Source: a virus | Taxonomy: Duplodnaviria; Caudoviricetes | Virus record (IMG/VR): IMGVR_UViG_3300020438_000049 | Span: 1-56,296 of that record | DNA: 56,296 nt | Strand: one strand, 5' to 3' | Shown here: positions 38,401-47,904 of the stretch, one piece after another | Position numbering within the stretch: position 1 is the first letter of the stretch | Layout of the letters: every line of letters begins with the position of its first letter | Notes under the pieces: generated by a model | Told to the model about the DNA's origin: nothing | The model's database searches: none | What the model saw: only the letters and a program-made list of their open reading frames with translations | Made by a program: the position numbers and the translations under genes

Positions 38401-41400
38401 CAATACCTGAAATAGTTGTAGTAACAATACCAATATTAGTGCTACTTCCTAATCCTATTGGTTCGTATGTAAGTTTTTCACCAGTAACAAAGTAATGGTT
38501 TGGTAACTTAATTGTATTATCTAAAATACTAATAATTTCAGTATCACTTCCATCAAATTCTCTATCAAAAATAGGATAGTTGTTATGTGTTAAATTAAAT
38601 GCTCTCTTAATATCACTATGAGTACCTTCATAAGTACCAGATTCAGATTGAATTAGTGCATTATCAAAAGTAATTTGATCTTGTAAATCATCCTGAACCT
38701 TAAGGGCATTCATGAAATATGTTACTCTCGATGCTTTATTAGCAGGAGCAGTAAATGTTACTTCTACAAATGAAGTTCCGCCTGGATTCTTAACAAGTTC
38801 ATAACCAAATGTACCTAATCCAGCAACATTATTATGACTTAGAACTCCCCATTCTGCTTCGTATACTTCACCAGTTTGTAATCCTTCATTATAATCATCA
38901 ATAATCATATGTTCACTGAAGTATCTTATGGCACTAGCAGTACCTTGAGCACCAGTTTCAACAAATGCTATGAAGTATGCACCATCAAAACCATCAGTAG
39001 TTGCATCCAATTGAGTTGGATACCTCATAATCACTTGTGGAGTTGGCATACCTGATGCAGATATCTGAACTGCATCGCTCTCTAAACGAGCATGTTTCAT
39101 ATTAACTTGTGTTCCAAAACCAACAAGACTTTCATTAAGTTCCTTATAGATGCAGTTAATTACTGTAAGTACTCTAAAGAACTGCTGCCCTGTTCCTGAA
39201 GTTGTAAGATCTATTGCAATATTTTCTTTTGCATTTTCTTCAGTTGTTGCTAATTGAATAATATCCGCACTTACATTGATAACATAATAAGTTGTACCGT
39301 CAGTAAGACCACCAATCGGTAATGCACCTTCTGTATACTTTAATCCAGATCCAGTTGATAACTTATGATTTACCATAGTAATGGTGTCATCAGTATCATT
39401 AACCTCAGAAGGTTCTACTGTAAATAATCTATTAGTTGCAGGATATGGAATAAAATCAATCTTAACTTTAACACCGTCATTATAAGCATGATATGTTCCC
39501 ATACCAGCACTAGCAACTTCCCCAACATCAGTGGTTATCTGAGGATATTCTATTATATCAATTTTACCAAATGCATCAACTATGAAATTGAGTTCATCCA
39601 TTTCATATTCATTACTCGATCCTGTAATTTCTACAAGAACCTTTCCACCCAGAGTATAATTAGCATGAAACTCAGCAATAGTAGTAGTTCCACCAGAAAT
39701 ATCAAAACTACCAGTATTGATAGTAGTACTACCGATAGTTGTTGTACCAATTCCTGCTAAATTATCATCGATATTGTAAGATAAGCATGTAATATCAAAA
39801 TCATTTACAGTACTTCTTGTTGGATAGAATAATAACTGTCCATCAGTTCCTTGTACTGTGAAATCAAATGTTCCAAGATCATATTCAGTTTCTACTCTTG
39901 CATATTGACTGATATAAGCATTGTAGTTGTCGTTGATAATATCAACAATCATAATCTGTCTTTCACCAAGATATCTCTTATCTCTAACGTAAGTAATGTA
40001 CTTCTGAGCTCTTACATCTGCTAATGTAAAGTTACTTACTACACTGAATGGAGTAGGTCTAGGATTACTGTTGAATGTTGGACTTATATCATCAATAGAA
40101 AGAACCCTGTTACCAATAGACTCAAAATAGTCAGTAAGTGTCTTACTTGTAAATCTTATTTCGTTTGATAGAGTGTTATTACCAATCTGTAATGCATTTT
40201 CACTAACCAAATCAAAGTCAGCAACACAATTAAGATTACCTACACCAATATTCTCAGATACAACATCAGAGAATGTTAAAGAAGTAGTAACACCAACTAC
40301 CATAGATGCAGGTACATGGTTTTCAACACCTGTACCACCACCTTTGATATAATAACCAGAACCACCTTCAGGAAGTGAAGAATCGGAAACTAAATCATAA
40401 TCAGAGTATTTCTTAAATCCTAGAGTATGGTTTAAGGTAGATACAACATCTTGCCAAGTATCATATGCAATTCTAGACTTAAGTGCATATGAGAAGTTTT
40501 GATAATAGAGACTATCTTGTATTCTTTGCTGATTATCATCTAAGAAACCAGAATTTGTTTCCCATCCACTAGATACCTTCGATGATACATCTAATACCAT
40601 ATTAGAATCAAAGGTTTTTATAGAAGAAGTTATTCCACTAGCTGCAGAAGATGATCCAATAATTTGCTCATTAACTATAAAGTTATCATTAGAAATAACT
40701 TTTAATTCACCAGTAACTGGATTCCAAGATTGCACAACACCAGTTGCACTATTAGATACTATAGTTTCTTTTGTAGCAAAAATATTATTTTTTAAAGAAA
40801 TATCAAATATTGGGAAATCTCTTTCAGGTATTACTCTACCAACAGAATTAACTACATCATATTCACCAGGTTGTTCACCAGATGGTAAATATCCATCAAG
40901 ATTGTAGAATATAGAACCAATACCACCAAGATTAGGAGTTGTCTTACTAACAACAAACATCTTATACTCATATTCTGATGAATTGAATCCAAATCCAGTG
41001 GAACCAACTCCAACACTAACGTTTTCAACTAAGAACTTATCACCAATACTTAATGGGAATTCTTGACTGAATCCAGTGTTAAATCCAATTACTACTTCTT
41101 TAGTTGCTGTAGTAAATCCTATCGTAGCAATACCAATTCCATTAGTATTATTAACTGGTAAAATTGTAGGAATAATAGAATTTAAATTCTCCTTATTCTT
41201 GATTATTGATACTTGATCATCACCTAACTTATACTTTATCTCAATACCATCAATTCTCTTCTTAGTTCTTCCATCAAAGACAAGTAAAGTCGGTGCTTTA
41301 ATGTATCCACGACCTGCAGATGAAATACCAACAGAATCTAATCTAGAAAGAGCATCTAAGGTTAATACTTGAGGTAAATTTGTAGTTGGTCTTAATGTTG

Positions 41401-44400
41401 GGTCTGAAGGGAAATCAAATCCAATATCATTGATTTTAGTATTTTTGATACATCCAACTGAAGTACTAAAAGGTTTAACAATTGCATCTTTACCAGTAAA
41501 TGAAGCAACAGAAGTAATACCTGGTAATGAGTAGTAATTTGCCCCACCATTTACAATACTGATACTGCAAATAGAACCATTAGCACTTCTTGATGATGTT
41601 TTATAACTTAATGCTGGATTTCCATTCTTATATGAAGTAGATTCAGGTAATTGAGCAACAGTAAAGTCGAATTTATTAGTATCACCAATAGCAACTATTC
41701 TACTTCCACTAAATTCACTTTCAGTAACTGCTATTTTATTATTATCAAATACTTCAGTATCAAAAGCAACTTGTTCTTTAACTGGAGGAAGATCAGTTTC
41801 ATATAACGGAGATAAGTTATAGAAAAGTGAATCGGGAGCATGTCTGTCTATTGTTATACTAACAGTAGCAGTAGAATTTATACCAGCAAGACCATTTCTA
41901 ACAATATCACTAACTCTATTGTTCCAAGGTTCTGTAAAGTTAGTATCAGTATAGAAATCAAGTTCAAATGCTGAGTATGGTTGTGAATCTCTTATAAATG
42001 CTAAACTAGCATCACCTACATTAAATACAACTGTAGAATCTTTAAACGCAGAAATTGGTGGGTTTACTGGTCCCAAGTTTCCATCAGAAGCACTAGTAAT
42101 ATTAGCAAAATTGGGTTTAAATTGTTCAGTTTCCCAAAGAGTTGTACATAATTTAATAATATTATGATCTTGAACATAGATGTAATATATTCTATTATTT
42201 TGCAATCCACCAGAAGGTGAAATAGCAGTATAAACAACCTTTTGACCAGTTACAAGTCCATGATTGTCTATTCTAATTGAATCATTTGCTATATCAACAT
42301 TAACCTCTGTAAATGATAATTCGTTAAGAATTAGTTTTCTATTAAAATCATTATATTTGACAACATATGTTGAAGCAACACCAGGATTTACACTAACTAC
42401 TACATTATCCCCATTTGTCAATCCATGCTCTTCAGTTAGATTGGCAGTTGCTAAATGTCTAGTTACAGTTGCAGTAATTTGCTCATAATTTGTTTTAAGG
42501 CTATGTCCTTCTCCAGTACCAGCACCATTGAATAGTAGTGTTGTAGAGTCCCTAAATTCGCTTGCAAGACCCACAAAAGCACCAGTGGTTCCCATACCTA
42601 CTCTGACAGTAGATAACCCAATTAAGTTAGAGTTTATCTTTGCAACAAATAGTTTTTGACCAACCGCTATAGGACCAGGAGTTGATACAGTATTGCCAAT
42701 AATAGTAGCAATACCTATACTCTCATCACCTGAATAAACAGGATCTACATCAGGAGAGTAAGTTACTTCATCTCCAGTATTTAAATTATGATTTGGTAAA
42801 TATATTCCTCTTGTGTTGATATGTATTATTGATAGTCCTGCACCAGGATTTGTGATACTAGCAACATATGCCATTCCAACAGTAAGTCCAAATCCTACTT
42901 GTTCTATAGGGTCAAAATAGTATTGAGTATTTCTTTTACCACTAAATGTAGTACTAAAACCTGCTGGTATAGTAAATTTCTTTGAATCTTCTACAATAGC
43001 ACTATCAGCAGCAAGATTTGCACCAGTACTAATACCAACATCTCCTCCTACATTTCTTAATACCCGTATTCTAGAAGATCTTTCATCTTTATTAAGAACT
43101 TTAATTTTTTCTGGTAGATTATCAAATCCTCCTGGCTCACCAACTTCAAATTCGTCATTTATGTTTACCCAACTAAAATCACCACTTGTATTAAAGTAAG
43201 TAATAATTCCAGTAACTTCTGGATTGCCAGCAGCAACATCTGTACCAAGACCAACTAAAGTAAATGATCCTTGCTCAACTGTTATAGGATATACACCTTC
43301 AAGACCAGATGATGTGGTAGATATACCAGAAACAGTAACTAAATTACCATTCAAGAAATTATGAGCAGCAGGAGCGAGTACTTCATACGAATTTGATGGA
43401 TAAATTTCACAATTAGTGATAATAGAAGAAGCAACACTAATAGTATCAAATGTTTTACCATCTACCATAGAAACCCTGGCAGATGCACCACTTCCCTTTG
43501 AATCAGCATTATCAAAGATAACTTTATCACCTACACTGTATCCTGTACCACCAGTTTCAATTCCTATAGATTCTATCTTACCTGGACCAACACCTGTTAT
43601 ATCTGCAGTCTGTTTTAGTTCATTTGGTAAAGAAATATACTTATAATCTATACCATTTTCATGTAAATTGTATGGAGTAGTATTTCTTGCCCAATCAGTC
43701 CCCATTAAACTATAATCATCTTGATTTGAATCTTGATTAAAGTTAAAGCTATTTGGAGATGACTTAAATTTATCACCAATTAAATATGGGAATACTGGTT
43801 GCTTATATCCAACAAATTGACCTGAACTTGCAATATCTTCATCAATAGTCGCAAAATATGCATATGTACCTTCTGGGAATTCTGGAGTTACGCAGAATCT
43901 GCCATTATTCTGATCAAGAACAGTTTCATCAGAAACTTTTTGATATTTGTAATCTTCTACAAAGAATCCTTCAGGAAATCCTACAGGTCTATTTGCTAAT
44001 GATACTGAATCTTTACTACTATACCCAGTTTTCATCTGAGCAATAATACCACCTGCTTTTGTTATGTAACCATAAGGTCCATAAATTGGATTTCCATCAT
44101 ATGCCCAACCAATAATAGGTGAGTGTTGAGAAGAAGTTGTTTCATTACCACCAAGGTCTTTTCCTAAGTCGTAATTGCCATACATTGTTCTACCAACTTG
44201 ATCAACCGAGAATATTCTTTCTCTTAATTGTCTAGGGGCATATAAGTGAGAATATTGAAGACTAAAGTTAGAATTTATACCATCTACTAGATATCCATCA
44301 TCAACAGTAAATTTATTGATATTTCTACTAACTAAGTTGATATTCCATGACTGTAAATTAGTTTTAAATTTAGCACCAGTACCAGAAGAGATTGCATTTA

Positions 44401-47400
44401 TATAAGTGTTTCCAGAAGTGTAATTTGCACCACCCTGAATTATTTTAATAGAAGTTATCCCTCCATTAGTAATAATTGGTGTTAAAACTGCTCCAGAACC
44501 AGTTCCTATAATATCTAAATTAACAGAACTGTAATCTTTACCTGGACTCTTAATTAAAACATCAACAATAGTTCCATTATCAACAATTGCTTCAATTTGA
44601 GCATTAACTCCACTGACTAAGGTTACTAAAGGTTGTTTTTCTAAATTGATAACATCAGACGATCCATATCCTACTCCATTATCAGATAGTCTAACAGAAG
44701 TAAGTTCTCCTCTAACTATTGGTTGTAATTCTGCTTCATATGCTGTAGTGGTGAATCCAGAAGTAACTAACTTAAGTTTAATCTCTGGATAGTTAAATGA
44801 ATGAGCACCAACACCAACACTTATCAAATCTAAGAACTGATTAGTATTATAGTAGTAATTACTATAAATTTCACCAGAACCGACTTGAGATAACCTAAAA
44901 CTATCATTATTGACCTTTGTGACGTAATACTCATTTCCGCTTGTTAGACCGTCTACAGGGGTCTCCTGAGAGGTGTATACGATCAATTCACCAGACTCAT
45001 AACCATGATCGGGAATATTGATAGTATTAAGTGAAGTGCTTATTCCAATGGTTCCTACTACTCTCTTCTTATTCTCATATCCTGAACCAGCATTTATTAC
45101 ATTTACTGATTCTACTACATTCTTATTAGTAAATGACTTGATTACTTGATTACCAGTTCCATATGATGTAAATGTAACTGTATTGATACCTGCAACTGCT
45201 TCCCATGACTTATTATGGAGTCTAATCTTATAATCATTGATAACATCAACATAATATGATGTAGAAGTAGATAATCCACCTACACCAGTTTCATTATCAC
45301 TAATATAGATGACTTTTTCACCAGTTATGAATTTATGAACCTCAGTAAAGTTAATAAGAGAGTTTGCTTGCCCTAATATAATTCTTTCACCTTTTTGGGT
45401 AGCATTAAACTTAACCTGATGAGGTACAGTCTTCATATTTGGAGTTACTAATGCTCCGAACCCATTACCACCAGAAATAGTGATAATTGGTTTCTCATGG
45501 TAATCAAAACCGCTATCTATGACTCTAACTTCTTCTATAGAACCAGATACTGATACATGTCCAGTTGCACCAGTTCCTACATTATCATCAATCTTTAAAT
45601 CTGGTGGATTTATTACATCATAACCAGATCCAGTTGCAAGAAGGTCAATACTCTTAACTTCTCCATTATATAAAAAGTCTCTTGACTTATAATTGAGAAT
45701 TTCTACACCATTTATCAAAATTCCAGTAAATCCAGACTTAGTTTTAGATTCTGTTCCCTCATTATTTGCAGGACATACTTCTCTTAGTATTTTTTGTGTT
45801 TCTAAGGTTTTATTGTTATATTCAGTCTTTTGAATCTTGTTATCAGTTACTGTTATTGGATATTCAGTAGATATACTAATAAATCTACCACTTAAAATAT
45901 CAGCTTTTGATTTTGAAAGTTTTATTGTATTAAGATTGACTCTATAAACAAAATATATGCCTTCATCTACTAAAGCAGGACCATCTACAATTCTACTAGT
46001 AGGTTGTCCTGCAGAGTTGATAAAATTCTGGGTTATTTTGTTTGGAGAGTAGTATATTGAATCTCCTGTATAGAATGAATGGTCTTGTGTTGATACTTCC
46101 CAATCTTCTCCACTAAAAGTGCCACTAAAGGTAACAGAATGATCATATGCATCTAATGGTTGTGTACCATAAGAAGGTATAGATGATGATGCGACTAATA
46201 ACTTATTACTACTTACATAAGTGTTTTGAACATCAGTAGAGAATACAGATATTCCTACACCAATTGCATTACTACCACTAGGTACTGCTTTTGATATACT
46301 TCTTCTAATGTTATAAACATCAGAAGCACTAAGTGCTCCTTGTCCACTTATAACAAAGGATTTATCTGAAGAAACAGATGCTATTTCGCAATTTTTAGGA
46401 AAACTGTCTCTACCGTTAAGTATTGCAGAATCACCTTTTCTGAAAAAATGATTTGAATCTAATACAATCTCCCAAGTTTGGTCAGATGCATCAACTAATG
46501 AGAAACTCTTTACATTATAGACAGGACAACCATTATAAAACCAATTATGAGATTTAAATCCAGTAGCACCGATACCTAATGTATTGATCTTAACTTTATC
46601 ACCAGCACTATATCCATATGCAGAACTATCAAAGTCTATAGAGTTAATAACAGAATTTATTCTTATCTTAATAACTTTAGACTGATCTTGTGAAGAATAT
46701 CCATATGCATACGTGTTTATACCAACGTCAGTACCATCAAGTATAGTTCCATTTAAATTTGTGCATCCATAGAACTGAGTTAATGATTTTGAACTGTAAG
46801 ATACTATACCAACAGATAGATTTTTGTATTGTATTGATAGTTCACCATTTTTTGGGAAACCTACAGTAGAATCAACATCTAAAGTGGTAGTTCCTACACC
46901 AACATTACCTATTACTCTAGTTTTAGAGTGAACTGAAAACTCACCGTAGATTGCACCATCGGTCATTCCACTTCTACTATAACCAGAATCTACTGCAAGT
47001 TTATAAAAAGTTTTAGCAACACCAGCAGTTCCTGTAGATACTTTCTCAACATAGGTGATCGGAGCATATGCTTTAGTGATAGTATCACTATAAGTATCTT
47101 GGAATAAGGTAGCAGTGCTTAATTCTGAAGGATCTCCAGAAACACTTTCAACTATAAAGTGATCTGCAACCTTATATTGAGCATTTGATGGTGTGAGAAG
47201 GTTATCTCTAGGTTTTATAACATCTACATCTTGATTATAAAGTGCTTTAAAGAGTATTTTAAATGACTTATCAGTACCTTTTGATGAATAAAAGTCACTT
47301 GCTTGCTTAATAAAGACATTTTGATTAACTTCAGGTGTTAAATCTCTCTCACCAATACCAGGAAGTATCTGTTGCTTTGTCTTAATTAAGAATTGTTTTA

Positions 47401-47899
47401 AGAATAATGCACTTAAATTCTGTATTTCAGTTCCTTTTGAATGTGCCTGTCTATCAGAAGTATTAAAAACTAAATTTTCTGCATCTAATTCATTAACATA
47501 TGAAGTAACTCCAGAAAATCCTCTATGACAATTCTCAAAAGTTGTTATTGTTTTGCTTTCGTATGTTATAATTTCATCGTCAATCTTAAGTAAACCCCAT
47601 GAATCAGGGAATCCATTGGTTCCTTCAGGTGTTTCCAGTAAATCTATAACAATATTAGTATCAGTAATTGATACATCAACACCTAAACTAGCAGTATATA
47701 CGCAATTTGTATTATTATCGAGTTGAATATACCTATCAATATTCTGAATCAAGTCAACAGGAGCACCATCAAACTCCTGAGCAACATAATATTGCTTTAA
47801 AAAATCATTTATTAAAGGATAATCTTCCTTGACGTAAGAAGGAAGTTGATTTTCAACTATATTACTAAACTGTATTCTTTTATCTGTGGTGGATATCAT
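32447..47899 (-). CDS. gp7: Giant baseplate wedge initiator gp7-like protein (5150 aa)
   Basis: Follows gp6; FYSSKGT..SFKILFKALY, HSPIIGWAYDGNPIYGPYG (YHYH-like), IQDSLYYQNFSY..HTLG; many GxGY and HGLxxG repeats. Confidence 0.8.
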   Translation of the reverse strand: MISTTDKRIQFSNIVENQLPSYVKEDYPLINDFLKQYYVAQEFDGAPVDLIQNIDRYIQLDNNTNCVYTASLGVDVSITDTNIVIDLLETPEGTNGFPDSWGLLKIDDEIITYESKTITTFENCHRGFSGVTSYVNELDAENLVFNTSDRQAHSKGTEIQNLSALFLKQFLIKTKQQILPGIGERDLTPEVNQNVFIKQASDFYSSKGTDKSFKILFKALYNQDVDVIKPRDNLLTPSNAQYKVADHFIVESVSGDPSELSTATLFQDTYSDTITKAYAPITYVEKVSTGTAGVAKTFYKLAVDSGYSRSGMTDGAIYGEFSVHSKTRVIGNVGVGTTTLDVDSTVGFPKNGELSIQYKNLSVGIVSYSSKSLTQFYGCTNLNGTILDGTDVGINTYAYGYSSQDQSKVIKIRINSVINSIDFDSSAYGYSAGDKVKINTLGIGATGFKSHNWFYNGCPVYNVKSFSLVDASDQTWEIVLDSNHFFRKGDSAILNGRDSFPKNCEIASVSSDKSFVISGQGALSASDVYNIRRSISKAVPSGSNAIGVGISVFSTDVQNTYVSSNKLLVASSSIPSYGTQPLDAYDHSVTFSGTFSGEDWEVSTQDHSFYTGDSIYYSPNKITQNFINSAGQPTSRIVDGPALVDEGIYFVYRVNLNTIKLSKSKADILSGRFISISTEYPITVTDNKIQKTEYNNKTLETQKILREVCPANNEGTESKTKSGFTGILINGVEILNYKSRDFLYNGEVKSIDLLATGSGYDVINPPDLKIDDNVGTGATGHVSVSGSIEEVRVIDSGFDYHEKPIITISGGNGFGALVTPNMKTVPHQVKFNATQKGERIILGQANSLINFTEVHKFITGEKVIYISDNETGVGGLSTSTSYYVDVINDYKIRLHNKSWEAVAGINTVTFTSYGTGNQVIKSFTNKNVVESVNVINAGSGYENKKRVVGTIGISTSLNTINIPDHGYESGELIVYTSQETPVDGLTSGNEYYVTKVNNDSFRLSQVGSGEIYSNYYYNTNQFLDLISVGVGAHSFNYPEIKLKLVTSGFTTTAYEAELQPIVRGELTSVRLSDNGVGYGSSDVINLEKQPLVTLVSGVNAQIEAIVDNGTIVDVLIKSPGKDYSSVNLDIIGTGSGAVLTPIITNGGITSIKIIQGGANYTSGNTYINAISSGTGAKFKTNLQSWNINLVSRNINKFTVDDGYLVDGINSNFSLQYSHLYAPRQLRERIFSVDQVGRTMYGNYDLGKDLGGNETTSSQHSPIIGWAYDGNPIYGPYGYITKAGGIIAQMKTGYSSKDSVSLANRPVGFPEGFFVEDYKYQKVSDETVLDQNNGRFCVTPEFPEGTYAYFATIDEDIASSGQFVGYKQPVFPYLIGDKFKSSPNSFNFNQDSNQDDYSLMGTDWARNTTPYNLHENGIDYKYISLPNELKQTADITGVGPGKIESIGIETGGTGYSVGDKVIFDNADSKGSGASARVSMVDGKTFDTISVASSIITNCEIYPSNSYEVLAPAAHNFLNGNLVTVSGISTTSSGLEGVYPITVEQGSFTLVGLGTDVAAGNPEVTGIITYFNTSGDFSWVNINDEFEVGEPGGFDNLPEKIKVLNKDERSSRIRVLRNVGGDVGISTGANLAADSAIVEDSKKFTIPAGFSTTFSGKRNTQYYFDPIEQVGFGLTVGMAYVASITNPGAGLSIIHINTRGIYLPNHNLNTGDEVTYSPDVDPVYSGDESIGIATIIGNTVSTPGPIAVGQKLFVAKINSNLIGLSTVRVGMGTTGAFVGLASEFRDSTTLLFNGAGTGEGHSLKTNYEQITATVTRHLATANLTEEHGLTNGDNVVVSVNPGVASTYVVKYNDFNRKLILNELSFTEVNVDIANDSIRIDNHGLVTGQKVVYTAISPSGGLQNNRIYYIYVQDHNIIKLCTTLWETEQFKPNFANITSASDGNLGPVNPPISAFKDSTVVFNVGDASLAFIRDSQPYSAFELDFYTDTNFTEPWNNRVSDIVRNGLAGINSTATVSITIDRHAPDSLFYNLSPLYETDLPPVKEQVAFDTEVFDNNKIAVTESEFSGSRIVAIGDTNKFDFTVAQLPESTSYKNGNPALSYKTSSRSANGSICSISIVNGGANYYSLPGITSVASFTGKDAIVKPFSTSVGCIKNTKINDIGFDFPSDPTLRPTTNLPQVLTLDALSRLDSVGISSAGRGYIKAPTLLVFDGRTKKRIDGIEIKYKLGDDQVSIIKNKENLNSIIPTILPVNNTNGIGIATIGFTTATKEVVIGFNTGFSQEFPLSIGDKFLVENVSVGVGSTGFGFNSSEYEYKMFVVSKTTPNLGGIGSIFYNLDGYLPSGEQPGEYDVVNSVGRVIPERDFPIFDISLKNNIFATKETIVSNSATGVVQSWNPVTGELKVISNDNFIVNEQIIGSSSAASGITSSIKTFDSNMVLDVSSKVSSGWETNSGFLDDNQQRIQDSLYYQNFSYALKSRIAYDTWQDVVSTLNHTLGFKKYSDYDLVSDSSLPEGGSGYYIKGGGTGVENHVPASMVVGVTTSLTFSDVVSENIGVGNLNCVADFDLVSENALQIGNNTLSNEIRFTSKTLTDYFESIGNRVLSIDDISPTFNSNPRPTPFSVVSNFTLADVRAQKYITYVRDKRYLGERQIMIVDIINDNYNAYISQYARVETEYDLGTFDFTVQGTDGQLLFYPTRSTVNDFDITCLSYNIDDNLAGIGTTTIGSTTINTGSFDISGGTTTIAEFHANYTLGGKVLVEITGSSNEYEMDELNFIVDAFGKIDIIEYPQITTDVGEVASAGMGTYHAYNDGVKVKIDFIPYPATNRLFTVEPSEVNDTDDTITMVNHKLSTGSGLKYTEGALPIGGLTDGTTYYVINVSADIIQLATTEENAKENIAIDLTTSGTGQQFFRVLTVINCIYKELNESLVGFGTQVNMKHARLESDAVQISASGMPTPQVIMRYPTQLDATTDGFDGAYFIAFVETGAQGTASAIRYFSEHMIIDDYNEGLQTGEVYEAEWGVLSHNNVAGLGTFGYELVKNPGGTSFVEVTFTAPANKASRVTYFMNALKVQDDLQDQITFDNALIQSESGTYEGTHSDIKRAFNLTHNNYPIFDREFDGSDTEIISILDNTIKLPNHYFVTGEKLTYEPIGLGSSTNIGIVTTTISGIGQTDKLPRTVYAVKVDEEKIKLAGSAEDALLGTPEILDISSVGIGTTMRFVADRQNTKVIVALDNIIQSPVVSTALTTHLDQQLFTTDNLVQVGSITSIFGGDLIKIGDEIMKVEGVGIGTANGIRVRRPWLGTKVGYAATSALVTKVQGNYNIVDNVLNFVEAPYGNVPFSSTTNEPDERDWVGIETGSSFQGRSFMRSGIPDTSTEAYSNNYIFDDISSEFDAINSTFTLKTEGGNFTGVEQDNAVVLINDIFQEPGLVGDYFLEQSAGITSVTFVGTARTITNDVGISSFPRGGVIVSVGSEEGLGYQPLVDAGGSPNVSIAGTIGSVSVGNSGSGYRSGVQTVVNVGVRTTPNITSKVVDIGTASVSGGHVTGIAVTNPQVFNAPSEIQHVDYTRTNGITTITTINPHGLSETEMVILSGIAFTCDYAPAVSIYDAQYDNVSGIMTVMTSTSHGIGSDKQVIFTGLAMTCGLDNGATTHVYPRGKDIAYDRPINILDDGAHYTVTNAVYDPYEGVMTITINNHGFGNGKFVKLLEDSISFTCDKDNYETVHAYPRKGDHSIDRWLKVYDVTVNTFKVNVLDFTQRPSSNTTIHAFHSALQNGLVYNNGKITVDVGAAGPSDQYTHTWAGGTSADALLTGGDHTHRFVSASTGAVVTGGDYNHTFASAVDGGVSVTGIGTTTPIDATYDAAKGELVLTIPNHPYTVDDTATVNANAVTFTCKQDGNTTNHSYPRATDPVAGIATAIVGTSQNTITLLVGKSPLVKYDVTDASYLGSTGKLVLTIGDHALRGSSTFSVNNVTYDGVSGIMTMTTASAHNMSDGDKIKIADNAIVFTCGQDGNNSNHSYPRAAVHKGNGVVEPDPASNKWLPISKVTANTFTVRVVDRIPSTNVTPHTFVSATANGLTKAGESIRISDDSLTFTCSMDDYVSPHTYPRGTDPIYQTSVSVAATTNNTITLDVGLSTSVNYSVTNADYTASTGIMTMTLSEPHSLVAGRNIKIAKESLTFTCTKDGNATQHKYPRKPDKNYNGVDVIGIGTLVQHNVTNATYIPSNGNLVLTIGANHGLKIDDSVKIKTNSLVFTCAMDSNATNHPYPRLTDPIHDKFVKISSSNQSAGTITLNVGTTPEVAHNVSAATYNPESGEMELTIGLHTLTAGTSIRLAANSLNFSCNNGGVQNRTYPRASGANTSSGADYVYNTSIKILSVTTTTILINVNDPVNPGPISHNYPHTFISATAGAVKSGGNYNHTYVGGTVANAVSVGSTVISVNIGVSTVPTFYSSGGKVQQAIVAPRAKNLSPSGADPAIDGSVVVKVLDSTTFEVNSGLSTRHHNYARGGKVDPFLDVVIDQPLSYSNIPLVYSGSAAAGVGTYATADIIVGQGSSIISFSIKNSGYRYGVGEKLTVSSGGTLGIPTTSNFEEFQLTVQDIFTDEFNGWSMGMLQTLDNVDHLFDANRINFPIKVGGNLIAIKSSEGSNINVEDTLLVFVNDILQVPGKGFRFDGGSVITFGEAPKKGDTSKILFYKGSGDVDVVFRNIIDTVKRGDTLEIDNDVERGQHWSLEEDERIATNILSIDTAETDPYTGPGNVSDSNLLRPVTWCRQTADMIIDETEVGKARELYEPVISPTAYITKAISAGSTEIYVDNLRPLFDGKNENNVDPYLLFQKKVTFVDMETQVGASATATVSGDGIISITVTDGGVGYTTAPTVSIQNPIGIGSTALATATVNNTGSISAVSITYNGEGYTSIPQVLISPPTLTEETKPINWFAGDSGVIVGFGTTTIANSDTMLFDFHIPYGSDLRDASIVGSAITLSQIQQGDFFVVKNSTVGVAHTLIRSYDLNDTVVAIGTEFVNNIYVVGSVENKTVNIPGVGVTMVRRVGSRITGLSTITFDSTGITFDSEIYTMDNSVVGSGNSYVGTIETPIGIGDYSWGKLQTKSKLQNSYKFYGGNGIGVGETSTSATGIHTSSIVRRFEPLRSINYIV
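34380..37260 (-). repeat. About 9 degenerate 90-110-aa repeats (Y..xG...H....F(T/S)C..D...HxYPR..D...HxFxSA) in gp7
   Basis: 7 HxYPR plus 1 RTYPR and 9 F/M-T/S-C motifs counted in the translation. Confidence 0.85.
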
Positions 47900-47904
47900 T
47901 TATT